DNA of 64,000 nucleotides from Epithemia pelagica (lineage: Eukaryota > Protista > Bacillariophyta). The DNA is taken from assembly GCA_946965045.2 (NCBI GenBank), contig OX337229.1, forward strand, positions 2,976,001 through 3,040,000. Direction: 5' to 3'. Both the position numbers and the translations under genes were made by a program. This document shows positions 11,382 through 24,000 of this stretch, in pieces (positions within the stretch are counted from its first letter, which is position 1; each line of letters begins with the position of its first letter). Below the pieces are notes generated by a model. That model saw only the letters and a list, made by a program, of their open reading frames with translations. It searched no databases and was not told the origin of the DNA.

Positions 11382-14300
11382 TCATGTGTTTTGCATATCG
11401 TCATCGACGGGTGCGACAATCGCCAGCTCCGACTTTTTGTTCAAGGCTGAAGCTACACTTCCGTATCTCTCTCGACCCAGAATCGAGTTACCACTGGAAC
11501 CTTGTTCCTCACCCACACCCATCCTTCCATGTTGTAAAACTGTATTATATTGACTGCTGATCATTTGGTTCACTTTGATAGTTGCCCCCCATTCCTTGTA
11601 CAACTTGACCGATTGCTCCAAATATTCCTTTGCCCAAAATTCAGCGTCCGTCTTTGTAGTTAAACCTTGGTCCTGGGCTTGTTGAAGCATGAACCGTCCT
11701 GCCCTTTCATAAGCAATCGCTCCTAAGTGACTAAACCCAGAACGAACCAAAGATACAATGGCCTAGTCGTACAAACCTTTGACTGCAGCCCTCTTCCTTT
11801 TTGACGAACGACGCGTCCAAGCAAGTTCTGCGTCAACAAGTTGCAATAAGGGCAAACTGTTGAGCGAATTTATCTTGTTCAAATCTTTCCTGCCATTCTT
11901 TGCCAATGCAAGGTACTTGGACTTTTTGGTTTTTTGAAACAAGATACAGCCTCCGAGGCCATCCAACAGTGCAAACATATAATTAGCAAAATGGGTCACT
12001 ACAATTCTGCGGTATTGTTGTTGGATCCCCAGAATCTCATTCATGGACCTTTCCGCCATGTCCATGTCGTCTATTAACAGCGCATACAAGAAGCCAAAAT
12101 AGAGAATCACCGCTCGTGCCGGACTCTCCTCCAAAATGTGTTTCAGTTCTGGGCCAACCATGATACCAAGTTCCAACGCTTTGTCCCATGACATTTCAAC
12201 CGGTGGATTGGCTTCGCCCGTCAAATTCATGGCGAGGAAAAGCGGTGGAACGGCCCAAGCGATATTCTCATGTTGATTTAACGTCTTCATTTGCCGAATA
12301 AAATTCTTGACATCCGATGAAAACGTTCCAAGAGGCAGTCCACAACACACATACATATACAAGTACTCAATCAGGCAGACAGCACCAAAGTACATATCAC
12401 CCGTTTCTCATCCAATGCGGTACCCTGCAAGGCACGGCTCTAATACTGATTGAAGAGGCAACTTGAAATGTAGGCACATGGTATGCGTAAAAGATATAGT
12501 GGATGGCAGCGGGTTGCTGTCCTGATCCACACGGAGAGCCAACTGCGAAAAGCGAACAGCTTCTTGCCGCTTCCCAGAACCAGCAAGAAGTTGTGCGTAC
12601 GCTGCATACGCAACCGACGTTTGCGCGCAAAACCCATGCCGCACTGTTAGTTCCATCAACTTACAAAAAGCAAGTCCACAAAAGTTGGAATCATCTACGG
12701 CCATGCTGTAAGTCGATAACGAAACAAGAATACGCATGGCTTTCTTTATTTTCTGGTTTTCGATGGGCTTGAGACTCAAGAGATCATCATCCGATAGACC
12801 CTGTACCATTCGCTTGACACGGAACAACTCAACTATCAGGTTCACGATCGTGGAAGCTCTTGTTTTCACTCCAAGTATCTTAAGGGCATCTTTTGATACA
12901 ACAATAGCTTGTCGATCATCCAGTTGAGAACTGCATGTCTTTGCTCGGATAGCTAGAGCAGATGCCCTGTGTTCGGCATGCCGGGCATGCTTCAGAATCC
13001 CATCGACCAGTGAATTGCTCAGAGTCCAATTATTTCGTTCCGAAGATGCTCCCGCCAAACAGGTGTATATGTCCAAGACCAAGTCATACGAGTTTTCCCA
13101 ATCTGTATCTTTGATCAGATCATAGCCCTTCGTGAGAAAGTTGTACACAAGATACTCCGACGAACGCTCCCGAGCAAGCTTACTGGCTTGCAAATTCAAG
13201 TGGATCAAAGTTAGACGATCATCTTCACCGTCTAAAACGGACGATCCACGGTTTAACTGGTCCGCCGTCAACAGTAGATATGGAGATGAGAGGGAGTCAC
13301 CATGAAGGTCATGAAGAAACTTTCCAATATTGTGGTGCAAACTGGATCGCGACAGCTTCTCAGACATGAGTTCATAAGAAAATTGTCTTATACGATCATG
13401 AGGAAACTTGACGGTAGAGGGCGTCGGGCATTCTAGGAAGTGCTCACTTTCCGCCAGCTTGATGAGTTGATCAAAACTTGCTCTTGACGCATCACTGTCA
13501 CGGAACTCTGTGGCTTGCGAATTACTGAGTTGTTCGTCCTTTCCTTCCGGTAAAAAAGTGGGATTGTCAAAGATGCTTCTGAGGAGACTTTTGTCCATGT
13601 GGAACCCCAGACAAGATGCCAATTGTAACAAACGACGGACTTGCGGAGCGGCGTTTTGTAATCGATGAGTAACAACAACAGCCACATTGTCGGCAACGTT
13701 GGTGTTTGCCAAAAGCCGTTCCATGTCCCATTTCCATGACGCCTTGAATAAATCATAGGACAAGACTCCTTCTTGCTCCAACATCCGAACAAACTGCACA
13801 ACAAAGAAAGGGTTACCCATGGTTCTTCGACAGACAATGCTTGAGAGTTCATGTAAAGATTTTTCCTCTGTATCATCTAAATATGCACCAAGCGATAACG
13901 CCGTGAGGATGAGACTGTGCACAGAGGACTGATTGAGGTTTGGCACCGATATGTCAAACACATTTTGGATCGTCAATGCTTCATGAAAAGGTCGCACAAT
14001 ATTTTTGGCCCCGTCATCCTCATCTCGATAGCTCAGGAGGACCAGTAAGTTGTTGGTTTCGCTGTCATTTACAACTGCCTTCAAAACATCCAATGAAGTG
14101 GTATCAGCCCACTGTAAATCGTCTAGATATAGAACCAAAGCTCTTTTGGAAGCACAAAAGTGCTTCAAGAAAAGCTCAAGACCTAATGCGAATCGTTTCG
14201 AGGCCATCGCTAATGTCCGTCTTTCCTCTGGATCATGCGAATATACAGTGCTATCTTGATCCGTTTCCTCCCTTGGAGAGGTGTGTTGATGGAGCAGCTT

Positions 14301-14702
14301 CTCGAAACCAGGCACCACTTCAGCCATAATTTTGCCTTCCACTTTCAATGATTGGATGAAGGTTTTTGTTTCTTCCGGATCGTTGTAAAGTTGAGCGCAA
14401 AGTGACTCCAGTGCCTGAACTAGGGCCGAAAATGGATGGGAGGAATCCTGATACTCGTCGAATTTGCCTTCCACGAAATACGATCGCATATTGTCGCTGT
14501 TGGAGGAAACCTTTTCTCGATTTCTCTTCAATTCTCGACACCGTGCAGTCTTACCAGAACCAGAGACGCCGTGAACAAAACAGGCGTGAACTGGGGCGTT
14601 CACTTGCATGATGTGATCATGGATGTCATCCAGTTGCTTGAGTTCGTCCTCCCTTCCAACAAAAATCTGATCCAAGCGTAACTTTTTCTTTGATTCTCTC
14701 AT
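11382..14702 (-). pseudogene. STAND/AAA_16-type P-loop ATPase with helical C-terminus, broken by two in-frame stops
   Basis: FVGREDEL, Walker A GVSGSGKT, FVEGKFDEY, Walker B LYLDDLQWAD, TMGNPFFVVQF and FPHDRIRQ. ORFs 12408-14807, 11763-12395 and 11382-11750 share one frame, separated only by TGA (12408-12410) and TAG (11763-11765). The probable ATG is 14702. Confidence 0.75.
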
Positions 14703-15154
14703 TGTGCTGTTGGCCACTGTAATGAAGACGCAGATGATTTTCTCATATTTCGTGATCTCGATGTTGCGCTGGGAGTCGCCATCGTCGGATGGAGGAAAAG
14801 CACGCAACTAAAAAAAGTTGGGAAGTTGGAAATGCATCGTGGTGGTCGCGCAAGGCCGCCTTCCGCCATCAAAGGAGCCCATAGCCATTATTGTAGCCAT
14901 AGCGTAAGGAGTAAAAGGTTAGCAACGATTAGATTTACATGCTATGGCTCCAACGAGCCCCAAACCCAAGGTCGAATGCAAATGTTCGGTGTAACGAGCT
15001 CTAAGTCATGAGAGTGAAAGGTGGGACAACATTTTCTAGAGATATCATATGGGAGTATATTATTACTATGAGAGACAAACGAAGCAAAAAATAACATGGG
15101 GGGATGACGACATACATTCGTGGGCCTCCATTGTGGCTTCCCTCCAAAGACGAT

Positions 15155-16144
15155 TTATCCATCATGGGAGTTGTAGTGGTTACCACTGTCGCCATTTTGG
15201 TTCGAAGTTGAAGACGAGGGCGGCATGTAAATCAGCGCTACACCAGCCCAGAACCAATAGGCGACCGCAATAACAACAACGCAACTCGCTGGAAGCGATA
15301 CCATACATCCGTGTTTGAAATAGTCGGCTGTGGTAAAGATTGCCGCCACAGTGTGGGCAACCAGTACAGACATGAGTGCCATGTTGCCACCTTCTCGTGT
15401 ATTCCCCATCCAGGCACCTGGTCTGTTCTCCACCAACAGATGAGGTGGAGGCCGTTCTCCTCGATGGAACATGAGTCTGCGTCGCATCCCGAAGAAGGTG
15501 AAGAGCATAAAGAAAATGTCAAGAATGGAGAAGCAAAGAGCATAAATGGCCGATACTGCCAATGACGGCATGCCTGGACATGACTCCTGGTACAAGACGC
15601 CGACATTGTTCGTCATTTCAGAGGCCAGCAAGGTTCCGTACAACATGACAGCATGCATACCACCAAAGCCGACACCGGCTGCAATGCCACACGCGGCATC
15701 ATTCAACTCAAGACGCAACTTGGCCACTTCGGTCCAGCTTGTGGAGGTCGGGTTTGGCCTTGAGTCTCCAGTTGTATCACCTTCTTCGCCGGATTCATTC
15801 GTGGTGTTGGTTCGTTGTTGTGTAGCACTGTCGTGAGCTTCTTGCTGTTGCACCGACTGTTGAATTGCTCGTTCGACACGATGGTACACGGAGACAAACC
15901 AACACCGAAAAGCGAATTGGGATAAAATTCCTGGGATGATTCCAGCCAGAGGACCTCGTAATCCAACCAAGTAAAATATCCACCAAAAGAAAGAGGCAAC
16001 CACTGCTGACATCAAGAAGAAAAAAGCCGCTGATGTGACCACAATCACCAGTTGTGCTTTGGAGTAAATCACGCTGCTGAACAGTGCGATCAACGGCCCG
16101 AAGGCTATCAGGGCAGAGCCCAAAGAAAGAGAAAATGATGTCAT
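15155..16144 (-). CDS. APH1: Gamma-secretase subunit Aph-1
   Basis: N-terminus LGSALIAFGPLIALF...AAFFFLMS matches Aph-1. GxxxG motif CGIAAGVGFGGMH and about 7 hydrophobic segments. Confidence 0.85.
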   Translation of the reverse strand: MTSFSLSLGSALIAFGPLIALFSSVIYSKAQLVIVVTSAAFFFLMSAVVASFFWWIFYLVGLRGPLAGIIPGILSQFAFRCWFVSVYHRVERAIQQSVQQQEAHDSATQQRTNTTNESGEEGDTTGDSRPNPTSTSWTEVAKLRLELNDAACGIAAGVGFGGMHAVMLYGTLLASEMTNNVGVLYQESCPGMPSLAVSAIYALCFSILDIFFMLFTFFGMRRRLMFHRGERPPPHLLVENRPGAWMGNTREGGNMALMSVLVAHTVAAIFTTADYFKHGCMVSLPASCVVVIAVAYWFWAGVALIYMPPSSSTSNQNGDSGNHYNSHDG

Positions 16145-16622
16145 ACTACTGTGTCAAGGACAATGGATTCTGTTCGCCGTGGCTCTTGGGTCTGGAGATA
16201 ACGACACCTTCTGTTTACACAAGTCAGCTTGTTTGGTTGATGAACGCCGTCAGAACTATTTTTCTTTTGTCATGGATCATGGCCGATAGAACGAATCAAC
16301 TTGATCGGCTCGCTCCTCGTGTAACGGTCTGACATGTCACGCGCAGCGCCAGCGCCTCGTCCTTTGCTAGCTGTGCTACTGCTTGTGTGCGAAATGCCAA
16401 TGGAGTAGGAGTAGCTATAGCTAACCCGCCCTACTCTACTACTCCTAGCTAGTGGCACTAGCCAAGAGTGCAGTTGAGCAAAACTAAAGTCACCATGGTA
16501 TAGATGGGACATGCCGGGGTCCTCTTTTGTTCACACAATGGGAAGCACTATACAAAAAGGAAAGATGAAAGGATCCATTGGGTCCACACCACTTGCGATT
16601 CCAATGCTACTCATATTATTAA

Positions 16623-19600
16623 CTATAACTCCACGGACGAACGTGGAAAGTTTTCCTCCTTCGGTTCTGGCTCGTGGTTCTCTTCTTGGACTTGGAGTGG
16701 TGGTTCCTCTTGGAGTGGTGGTGGTTGTTGCTCATCGTCCGGATACTCGGACAAGGAAGCGGCTGGAGTCACGGTCTCCTCGACCGCGGCGGCGGTGTGT
16801 TTCGAGCCATGGAATTCTGGGGTACTTGTTGTGTGGTTGTTGTGGGTGGTATCCGTTCCTCCTCCTCCATGTTCGACAGGATCTTCTCCCCCTACTTGAC
16901 CCTCCTTCTTGTCTTCGGGGGATGTTGTTGTGGTTGTTGTAGTTGCGGCCCAAGGATTGTCATTGTCATTGTGTTCGGCCGGAGAGGGAGGAGGAGCGAC
17001 CGAGGATTCCGAGACGGGAAGGGAAGCATCATTGGATTCCGTCATGGAGATGGATTCTTCTGGTGCAAGCTCTGTCACAACGGGTGGGACTCGGGGTGAC
17101 ACTTGTTGGGATGGTCCCTGGGGCGAAGGCGACTGTCCTTCGCCCACGGATGGTGCCACTTCTTCGTCCTCTGGAATGGAATCCACCAATGGGATTGTTC
17201 CAACAGTCTCACTCGATACCGCCGCTGCTACTTGGTGTGGTTGGGGATCATCGTCGTCCTCCCCAACTCCCGATTCGGATTCCGTAGGAGTGGGTACCGC
17301 CGGTGGTGCTGCGGCCGGTGGGGGTGCCCGGGGTTGAGGTGAAGGTGTGGCGGGAGTTGTCGTTGTCGTTGGTGGTGGTGTGGCGGGAGCGGGTTGGGGA
17401 GGAGCCGCCACGGGGGAAGAGGCCACTCGTTTGCCGTGAAACCATCGTCCCTGTTCCAAAATATTACCGGTAAAATCTCTTAAGGTTCCCGCTCCATGAA
17501 AGGTTCCCTGCGAAAATTCTCCTTCGTATTCAGTACCCGGTCCCCAGACCAATCGTCCTCGACCATGATACTTGCCGGCCTTCCATTCTCCTTCGTAATG
17601 GCCTCCCGCAAAGACAAATCGACCATAGCCACTCCGTTGTCCTCGAAAAAACATGCCATCGTACTTGTCTCCGGACGGGTAGGTAAAGACGCCTCGTCCA
17701 TGACGCATATCATCCTTGTAGTGGCCAATAAACAAGCGTCCATCTTTCCATTGGTACCGGCCCGGTCCATTGCGTAAATTATTTTGATATTCTCCTTCAT
17801 GATAATCGCCCTGTGGAAAAAACAAACAACGGCCGTGGCCTTCCTTGGATCCATTTTTCCAAAAGCCTTCGTGGATGCGTTTGCCATCGGCATAGACCAA
17901 TCGACCGACACCATGGGGTCGTCGGGTACTGGTCAAGACAATGCCTGTGAAGCGACCCAAATTTCCTTGACAATCGGTAATTTCTTGATCCACGACCGCA
18001 TGACAGGGTGGTTCCAAGGGTTGCGGTGCCGGAGAAGCTGGTTCGACCGCATGTTTCGTATCATCGTCATCATCCTCATCGTCATTGTCGTCGTCGACCC
18101 AATAAGATTCCACCGCTGCCTGATGAAAATGTTCTTGTTCGTGTTGTTCTTGTTGTTTTTGTTTGTGCTGGGATGCGGCCGTGGTTGGTGTGGGTAACCG
18201 TTGTTGCCATCGAGTTGGTGTGGCGGGTGTGGTTGGGTCGTCGTCGCCGTCCTTTTCCTCACTGTCGGTTTTGGGTTTGCCTCGCACATAGAGGCCTTGA
18301 TAGACCACGACCCCATTTTGATTCAAATCCTTGCCCTGCCCATGTTTGGCTCCATGAATGAATTCTCCCACATAGGTACTTCCATCACTTTGGACCAAGG
18401 TCCCCTGTCCATGATAGAGACCACCTTGCCAGGTTCCTTCGTACATGCTACCCGAAGCAAAAATGAAGCGTCCATGTCCATGCCGTTTGCCTTGAATGAA
18501 TTGTCCTTCGTAAAAATCCGAATTGGGATAAATCAAGGTTCCCTTGCCTTGTCGAGAATTTTTGAAAAAGGATCCCTTGTATTGTCGTCCATCCTTCCAG
18601 GTATAGGACCCCTTGCCATGACGTTGTCCATATTGAAAATCCCCTTCGTAGGTATCGCCATTGCGAAAGGTTAATCGACATCCTTGTCCATGATAATAGC
18701 CTTGTGGATTGAACCATCCTTCGTAGGATTCGACCTCACCTTGTGGATAGGTGACGGTACCATTTTGATAGGGATTTTGGTGCAACCACAAGCCCCGATA
18801 GACGCCCAAGGAGGGTGTGGCTTGATTGAAGGTGTCCATCCATTCGCGATCGTGCACGACCGTGACGGCCTCTCCATTGGGCGCAGCCGCCGTCGACGTA
18901 CGACGAGGTGGAGGAGTCGAACCGGGTGCGGGAATGTGAGTGACGGTCCGTTGCGAGACGCGAGTCGATGGGGGTGGTGTCGTCAGCGGAGGACCTCGTG
19001 GTGTTTGCATGCCAGGAGCCAATTGAGGAACATGTTGTGGTGGTTGTTGTTGTTGTGGTGGATACGGTTGCGTTGTTCGTGGTGTGGTCGGGTATGCCAT
19101 TGGGCTGGTGGTGCTGGTGGTATGGGGTGACGTCACTGGTTGTCTGGTCGTTGTCGTCGTGGTGGTGGAGAGGGAGGATTGGGTGGTCGACGACTTGGGT
19201 TGCGGAGTACTGGTAGTGGTTCGTTCGTCCATTGCTGTTTGGGATGACGATAGGACGGGTTTGCCCTGATCCCAGGTGCCATCGTGCATGACGGTGCCTT
19301 GTGCAGTGACTTGAATGCCATGTCCATGGGGTTTGCCGTGGACAAAATTGCCGCGATAGACACACTTTTCGCCATGCTCATCGAGCCAGGTATATTGTCC
19401 ATAGCCATGGTAGACCCCCTGATTCCATTCGCCGACATATTCCATGTGGGTGGTTGGATCGCGGTAGGTTCCATAACCCTGTCGTTGATTGGACGCAAAA
19501 GCTCCTTGATAAATGGCGCCCGTGCGGGACCAGGTATACGTGCCTTGTCCATGTCGTAGTCCGTCGTGCCAATCGCCTTGGTAGAGGCGCGTATCGTCGC

Positions 19601-20108
19601 CGACGGCGGTCGTCATTGTTGTGGTGGTGGATTTGGACGGAACGACCCATTCCAAGGTTCCATTGGGACCATGGGGTTGTCCCTGGTCATTCCACGGTCC
19701 GGTATAGACATCGCCATTGACATAGAGGAGAGTGCCCTTGGTCCATTTGCCATAGTGCCAATCGCCCGTGTATTTGACGTACGAGGCATGATCCACATAC
19801 ACCATTTGGCCATAGGGACCATGCGGAATGGAACGGGGTGAATCGTCGTCTGCCAAGGAAATATCCGTCAAGACGGGAGGAGGAGCATCGGGGTCGTCGG
19901 ACGACAAAGCGGCCGCCGAGGGTACCAGCATGGAGGGCCGTGACAGAGCTTGTGGTTGTTTTCGTGGCAAAGAAGGATCCATGACGACGGGTCCATTGTA
20001 CACTCCCTGGTTGCCCATGCCATCTTCCAAGGTTTCATTTTCTACCATGCGACTGGGAAGATTCCCTCGGTCCTGTTGTTCCAATGCATGGTTGCCTGGA
20101 ATCGACAT
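16623..20108 (-). CDS. MORN-repeat protein A (1161 aa, three MORN blocks separated by P/T/Q-rich linkers)
   Basis: Many YxGxW/F..G..HGxG repeats at about 19250-19830, 18280-18850 and 17420-17975. Confidence 0.85.
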   Translation of the reverse strand: MSIPGNHALEQQDRGNLPSRMVENETLEDGMGNQGVYNGPVVMDPSLPRKQPQALSRPSMLVPSAAALSSDDPDAPPPVLTDISLADDDSPRSIPHGPYGQMVYVDHASYVKYTGDWHYGKWTKGTLLYVNGDVYTGPWNDQGQPHGPNGTLEWVVPSKSTTTTMTTAVGDDTRLYQGDWHDGLRHGQGTYTWSRTGAIYQGAFASNQRQGYGTYRDPTTHMEYVGEWNQGVYHGYGQYTWLDEHGEKCVYRGNFVHGKPHGHGIQVTAQGTVMHDGTWDQGKPVLSSSQTAMDERTTTSTPQPKSSTTQSSLSTTTTTTTRQPVTSPHTTSTTSPMAYPTTPRTTQPYPPQQQQPPQHVPQLAPGMQTPRGPPLTTPPPSTRVSQRTVTHIPAPGSTPPPRRTSTAAAPNGEAVTVVHDREWMDTFNQATPSLGVYRGLWLHQNPYQNGTVTYPQGEVESYEGWFNPQGYYHGQGCRLTFRNGDTYEGDFQYGQRHGKGSYTWKDGRQYKGSFFKNSRQGKGTLIYPNSDFYEGQFIQGKRHGHGRFIFASGSMYEGTWQGGLYHGQGTLVQSDGSTYVGEFIHGAKHGQGKDLNQNGVVVYQGLYVRGKPKTDSEEKDGDDDPTTPATPTRWQQRLPTPTTAASQHKQKQQEQHEQEHFHQAAVESYWVDDDNDDEDDDDDTKHAVEPASPAPQPLEPPCHAVVDQEITDCQGNLGRFTGIVLTSTRRPHGVGRLVYADGKRIHEGFWKNGSKEGHGRCLFFPQGDYHEGEYQNNLRNGPGRYQWKDGRLFIGHYKDDMRHGRGVFTYPSGDKYDGMFFRGQRSGYGRFVFAGGHYEGEWKAGKYHGRGRLVWGPGTEYEGEFSQGTFHGAGTLRDFTGNILEQGRWFHGKRVASSPVAAPPQPAPATPPPTTTTTPATPSPQPRAPPPAAAPPAVPTPTESESGVGEDDDDPQPHQVAAAVSSETVGTIPLVDSIPEDEEVAPSVGEGQSPSPQGPSQQVSPRVPPVVTELAPEESISMTESNDASLPVSESSVAPPPSPAEHNDNDNPWAATTTTTTTSPEDKKEGQVGGEDPVEHGGGGTDTTHNNHTTSTPEFHGSKHTAAAVEETVTPAASLSEYPDDEQQPPPLQEEPPLQVQEENHEPEPKEENFPRSSVEL

Positions 20109-21027
20109 GGTACTGCCAAGGACGACGACGAGAGCTCCACGCGAGCCTCAAAACCACCCAAGACCTTTTCTGCGAACCAGCACACACAAGTAGCAGCAGC
20201 AAGGGTCGCTGCAGGGCTTGACTCGTGATCGTTGTTTGCTTCTGGTACTTCGATTTTTGTCGAGGACAAGAGAGTTGCGGAATGGTGGAGCTACCTACTT
20301 GTTGTTCTATTATTGGGTCGGAGTGTTGCTGGGTTTGTGGTGGTGTTGTGGTCGTCCATGGAGAGGATTCTTCGGAGCGACCATCTACTGAGCAGTGAGC
20401 ATGTCGTCCCCAGTCCCCCCGCTGGACGAATCCTTGCCTTGGTGGGACTGGAAAGTGGCATCACAAGACCAACTCCGGCCGGCGACACGATCGGGCCTCC
20501 TCTAAGTATTCTCTTGAAGCAAGCCGTCTGCTCATCCTGTCTGCCCGGCTCGCTTGATGGATCGTCACACGCCAGCCACACAGGCGGAGACATTGACCCG
20601 ACGATTGGGAAAAGGACGGGAATAACGCGAGCGAGCAAGCAAGCGAGTACGAACGAGAACGACCGACGGAGCACCCAACGAACCAATTGGGAACCAAGAC
20701 AAGACAGAACCAAACGAGAAGAGGGACACTCCGTCGTCTCTGTCATCCCCTTTGATTTTCGAAGAGAGCAAGAGCACTGTGAGTTTTGACTTTTTCGTCT
20801 CTTGAGAACGAGTCGTCGTCTTGGATTGTCGGGTGGTCAAGGAAACGGAAGTGTTCTCGCAGAGGGACGTCGTGTTGGAGAGGCAGCAACATCTGCTCCA
20901 ATCTATAGCGCTTCCTCCGATTCTTCTCGTGGGCACGGCGAAAAAGACCGCCTCCTCCTCCTCTCACTCAACAACGACACACAAGACATACCACTACTGC
21001 TACTACTACGGATAAGATCCTGGAAGA

Positions 21028-24000
21028 ATGCGCTCCAAAGTCTCGAGTTCCTCGCCCCGAGTGGGCGGTGGCATTGGCAACACGAATAACAACAACAACA
21101 CTCGAACTCGTGGTGTCTCTCCTCGAACGACTCCTCCCACATGGTCGTCGTCGGGTGCGGGTGCTCCGGCTGGTTCTACAACCAGTGGCGCCACGACACC
21201 GGCCAGTTTGGCCGGGAGCAATAGTTTTGGCTTTAACGATGCCTTGACGGTCGATTCCTGGAGTACGACCATGACGGCCCTGTTGCAACCCCACAAGACG
21301 CAAAAAAATACCTTTCAATGTCCCATTCATCCCTCCTTTGTCACCAAAGATCCCCTCGATGGGTGTCCCCATTGCGAACGGCAACAACAATTGACCTTGC
21401 AAGAACGACGACGATCGGTCGAACAACAATTGCGGGACATGGATTTGCCCTCGACGGCCGTCGCCCATGATATCTTGTCCGATTTGCAATCGACCGTCCA
21501 AAACTGGAAAACGCAACCCACCACCAGTACTAGTGAAGGAGGACCCGCAGCCAACAATACAAACAACAACAACACGAGTGGCTTTGTGGCCCCGCCAACT
21601 CCCAGTAGTACCTATACCAGTACGACGCAAACGGCCGACAATACACGAGCGGCCGTGCGCAGTTCGTCCTTGGCCACGAGCCACTCGTCGGCCTCGACGC
21701 GCAGCATGACCAACAATCATCAAAATGCCTTTTTGCCACCGCATTTGCAATCTCCGACACCCTCCAATCATACCAGCAGTGTCCTGTCTCCCGTCGAAAC
21801 TCCCAAACCATCTGCCTCGCAACCGCAACCAACACAGGAGCAGCAACAACCACAACAGCAGCAACATGCGCCTCCTCCCCCTCCGTCCATGCCGCAATTT
21901 ACCGCTCCACCCAATGCCTTGGTACCGCCGACCGATCCCACGGCCACAACAGCCGCCGCCGCCTCGACGCCGCTCGAAGCCTTGGCCTTGCAAATTCAAG
22001 GCATGCAACGGATGCAAGATTGGATGTTGTATCAAAAAGAACAGGAATGTCAAACCTTGCGTCATCGACTCGATTCCGCCACGCAACAAATCAATACCTT
22101 GGCCGTCGAAAATGCCTTGTTGCAAGAAAAATTGCATCAACAAGAACAACGCATGAAACATGAACTCAAATTAATCAAAATGGCCGCCCTGCAACAACGA
22201 ACCAACAACAACCACAACAACAACAAAGCGACAACCAATAAAAGCAATACTACGGGAACACTGCCGGCCATTCAAGGTCCATCGTCGTCGTCCACGGCCT
22301 TGGTGGGAGCTTCGAATAATGCGACCAACAACAATAGTAGGATGAATCATCATCACCCGAATTCGACGACGGCGTCCATCAAATCGATTGCCGCGGCCAG
22401 TCAAGGCAATGGGACCGATGCCGGTACGATTCCCAGTACGCATCAGCCCATGATGGTGGCACCGCCTCAAAGTGGTGCCTCGATTGCCTCGCATCAATCC
22501 ATGAGTGGTGCTGGTGCTGGATCGTCGTCAGCCTTTGGAACCTTTCCCCCACCCAATGGCAACAACAAGACGACGCAGGTCGTCACCTCCAGTGTGTCAC
22601 CTCACGATGCGCAAGCCATGTTTGTTCCCGATACGACCCACAGTGGGGGCGATGCCTGGTCCTCGCCCATGACCAATTTTGGAAGTGTGGCCGGACAGTC
22701 ACAACAATCACTACAGCAAGCACAACCACAACAACAAGCCTTTGGACAAGCACAATTGGCACCGCCGTCCTTGAATCATCCCGAATTTTCGCCCTTCCCA
22801 CCACAACCACAACAACCTCCACTCCAAGACCCGAATGATACCACCATTACCACCAACACGGATGCTTCCATGAATCGAGGAGGTGATTCCGTCTCGTTAT
22901 CACCCACGAGTGAACAACAACAACAACAACAACAAGATGGACGACCCATCAATGAAGATGTGGACGAACAGGACACTGCATCCTTTCCCGATAGCAACAA
23001 CAATAATAATAATGGACCCGTCGATTTGGATGACATGACGGAACTCCTCAAGGCCAAGAAACAACAACAACAACAATCGTCGTCACCAACACCCAAGAGT
23101 ACACCAACCACTATTCCTTCGTCGGAAGCAGAAGATGACTTTGCCGACCACCAAGTTGTCCCACGAGACATTCAAATTGATCCCTCCAATGCCAGTACAG
23201 CCAGCACTTCGGTCACCAACAATCATGCCGTCAATAGTGCCAACAACAACAACAACAACAAGACGATTCCAGCCATTCCTCCTCCGCCCGAACATCGATC
23301 GAATGCTGCTGCAGCAAATACTGTCGTCCCATGGCCCGAACAAGCGCCAGCGGCGAATAGTAGTAAAGAAACACCGGCACCGGTCTTGGTAAACTTTCCC
23401 GATTCCGATAATATGAGTGTCGGTAACACCGTCGCTTCCTCCACCTACGGTGAAGATCGTCAACAGGTGACCCAACAAGTTATTTTGGACCCCTATGGCG
23501 ATCGCGGTACCTATACCGGTGTTATTTTACGATCGACGGGCATGCCCCACGGATCCGGCCGAATGATTTATCAAGAAGACAAGCGTACCTACGATGGAGA
23601 ATGGCGTCATGGACGATGGCATGGATACGGTCGAGCAACCTTTGCCAATGGCGACAATTATCACGGTGAATATCGCTTTGATCAACGTCACGGTCGTGGT
23701 CGATACGAATGGAACGATGGTCGTGTCTACGATGGCATGTTTCGGGAAGACAAACGACACGGCCGGGGCATCTTTACCTGGCCCGACGGAGCTGTCTACG
23801 AAGGTGATTTCCGCAATGGACAACGGGAAGGACATGGAACCTATCGATTCAGTGATGGAGGACGATACGAAGGAAGTTGGAAAGATGGCCGGTACAATGG
23901 CTTTGGGATTTGCAATTGGGAAGATGGACGATGTTACAAGGGTGAATGGTTAAATGGGATGGCCCATGGTAAGGGTGTCGAAACCTTTGCCGATGGATCG

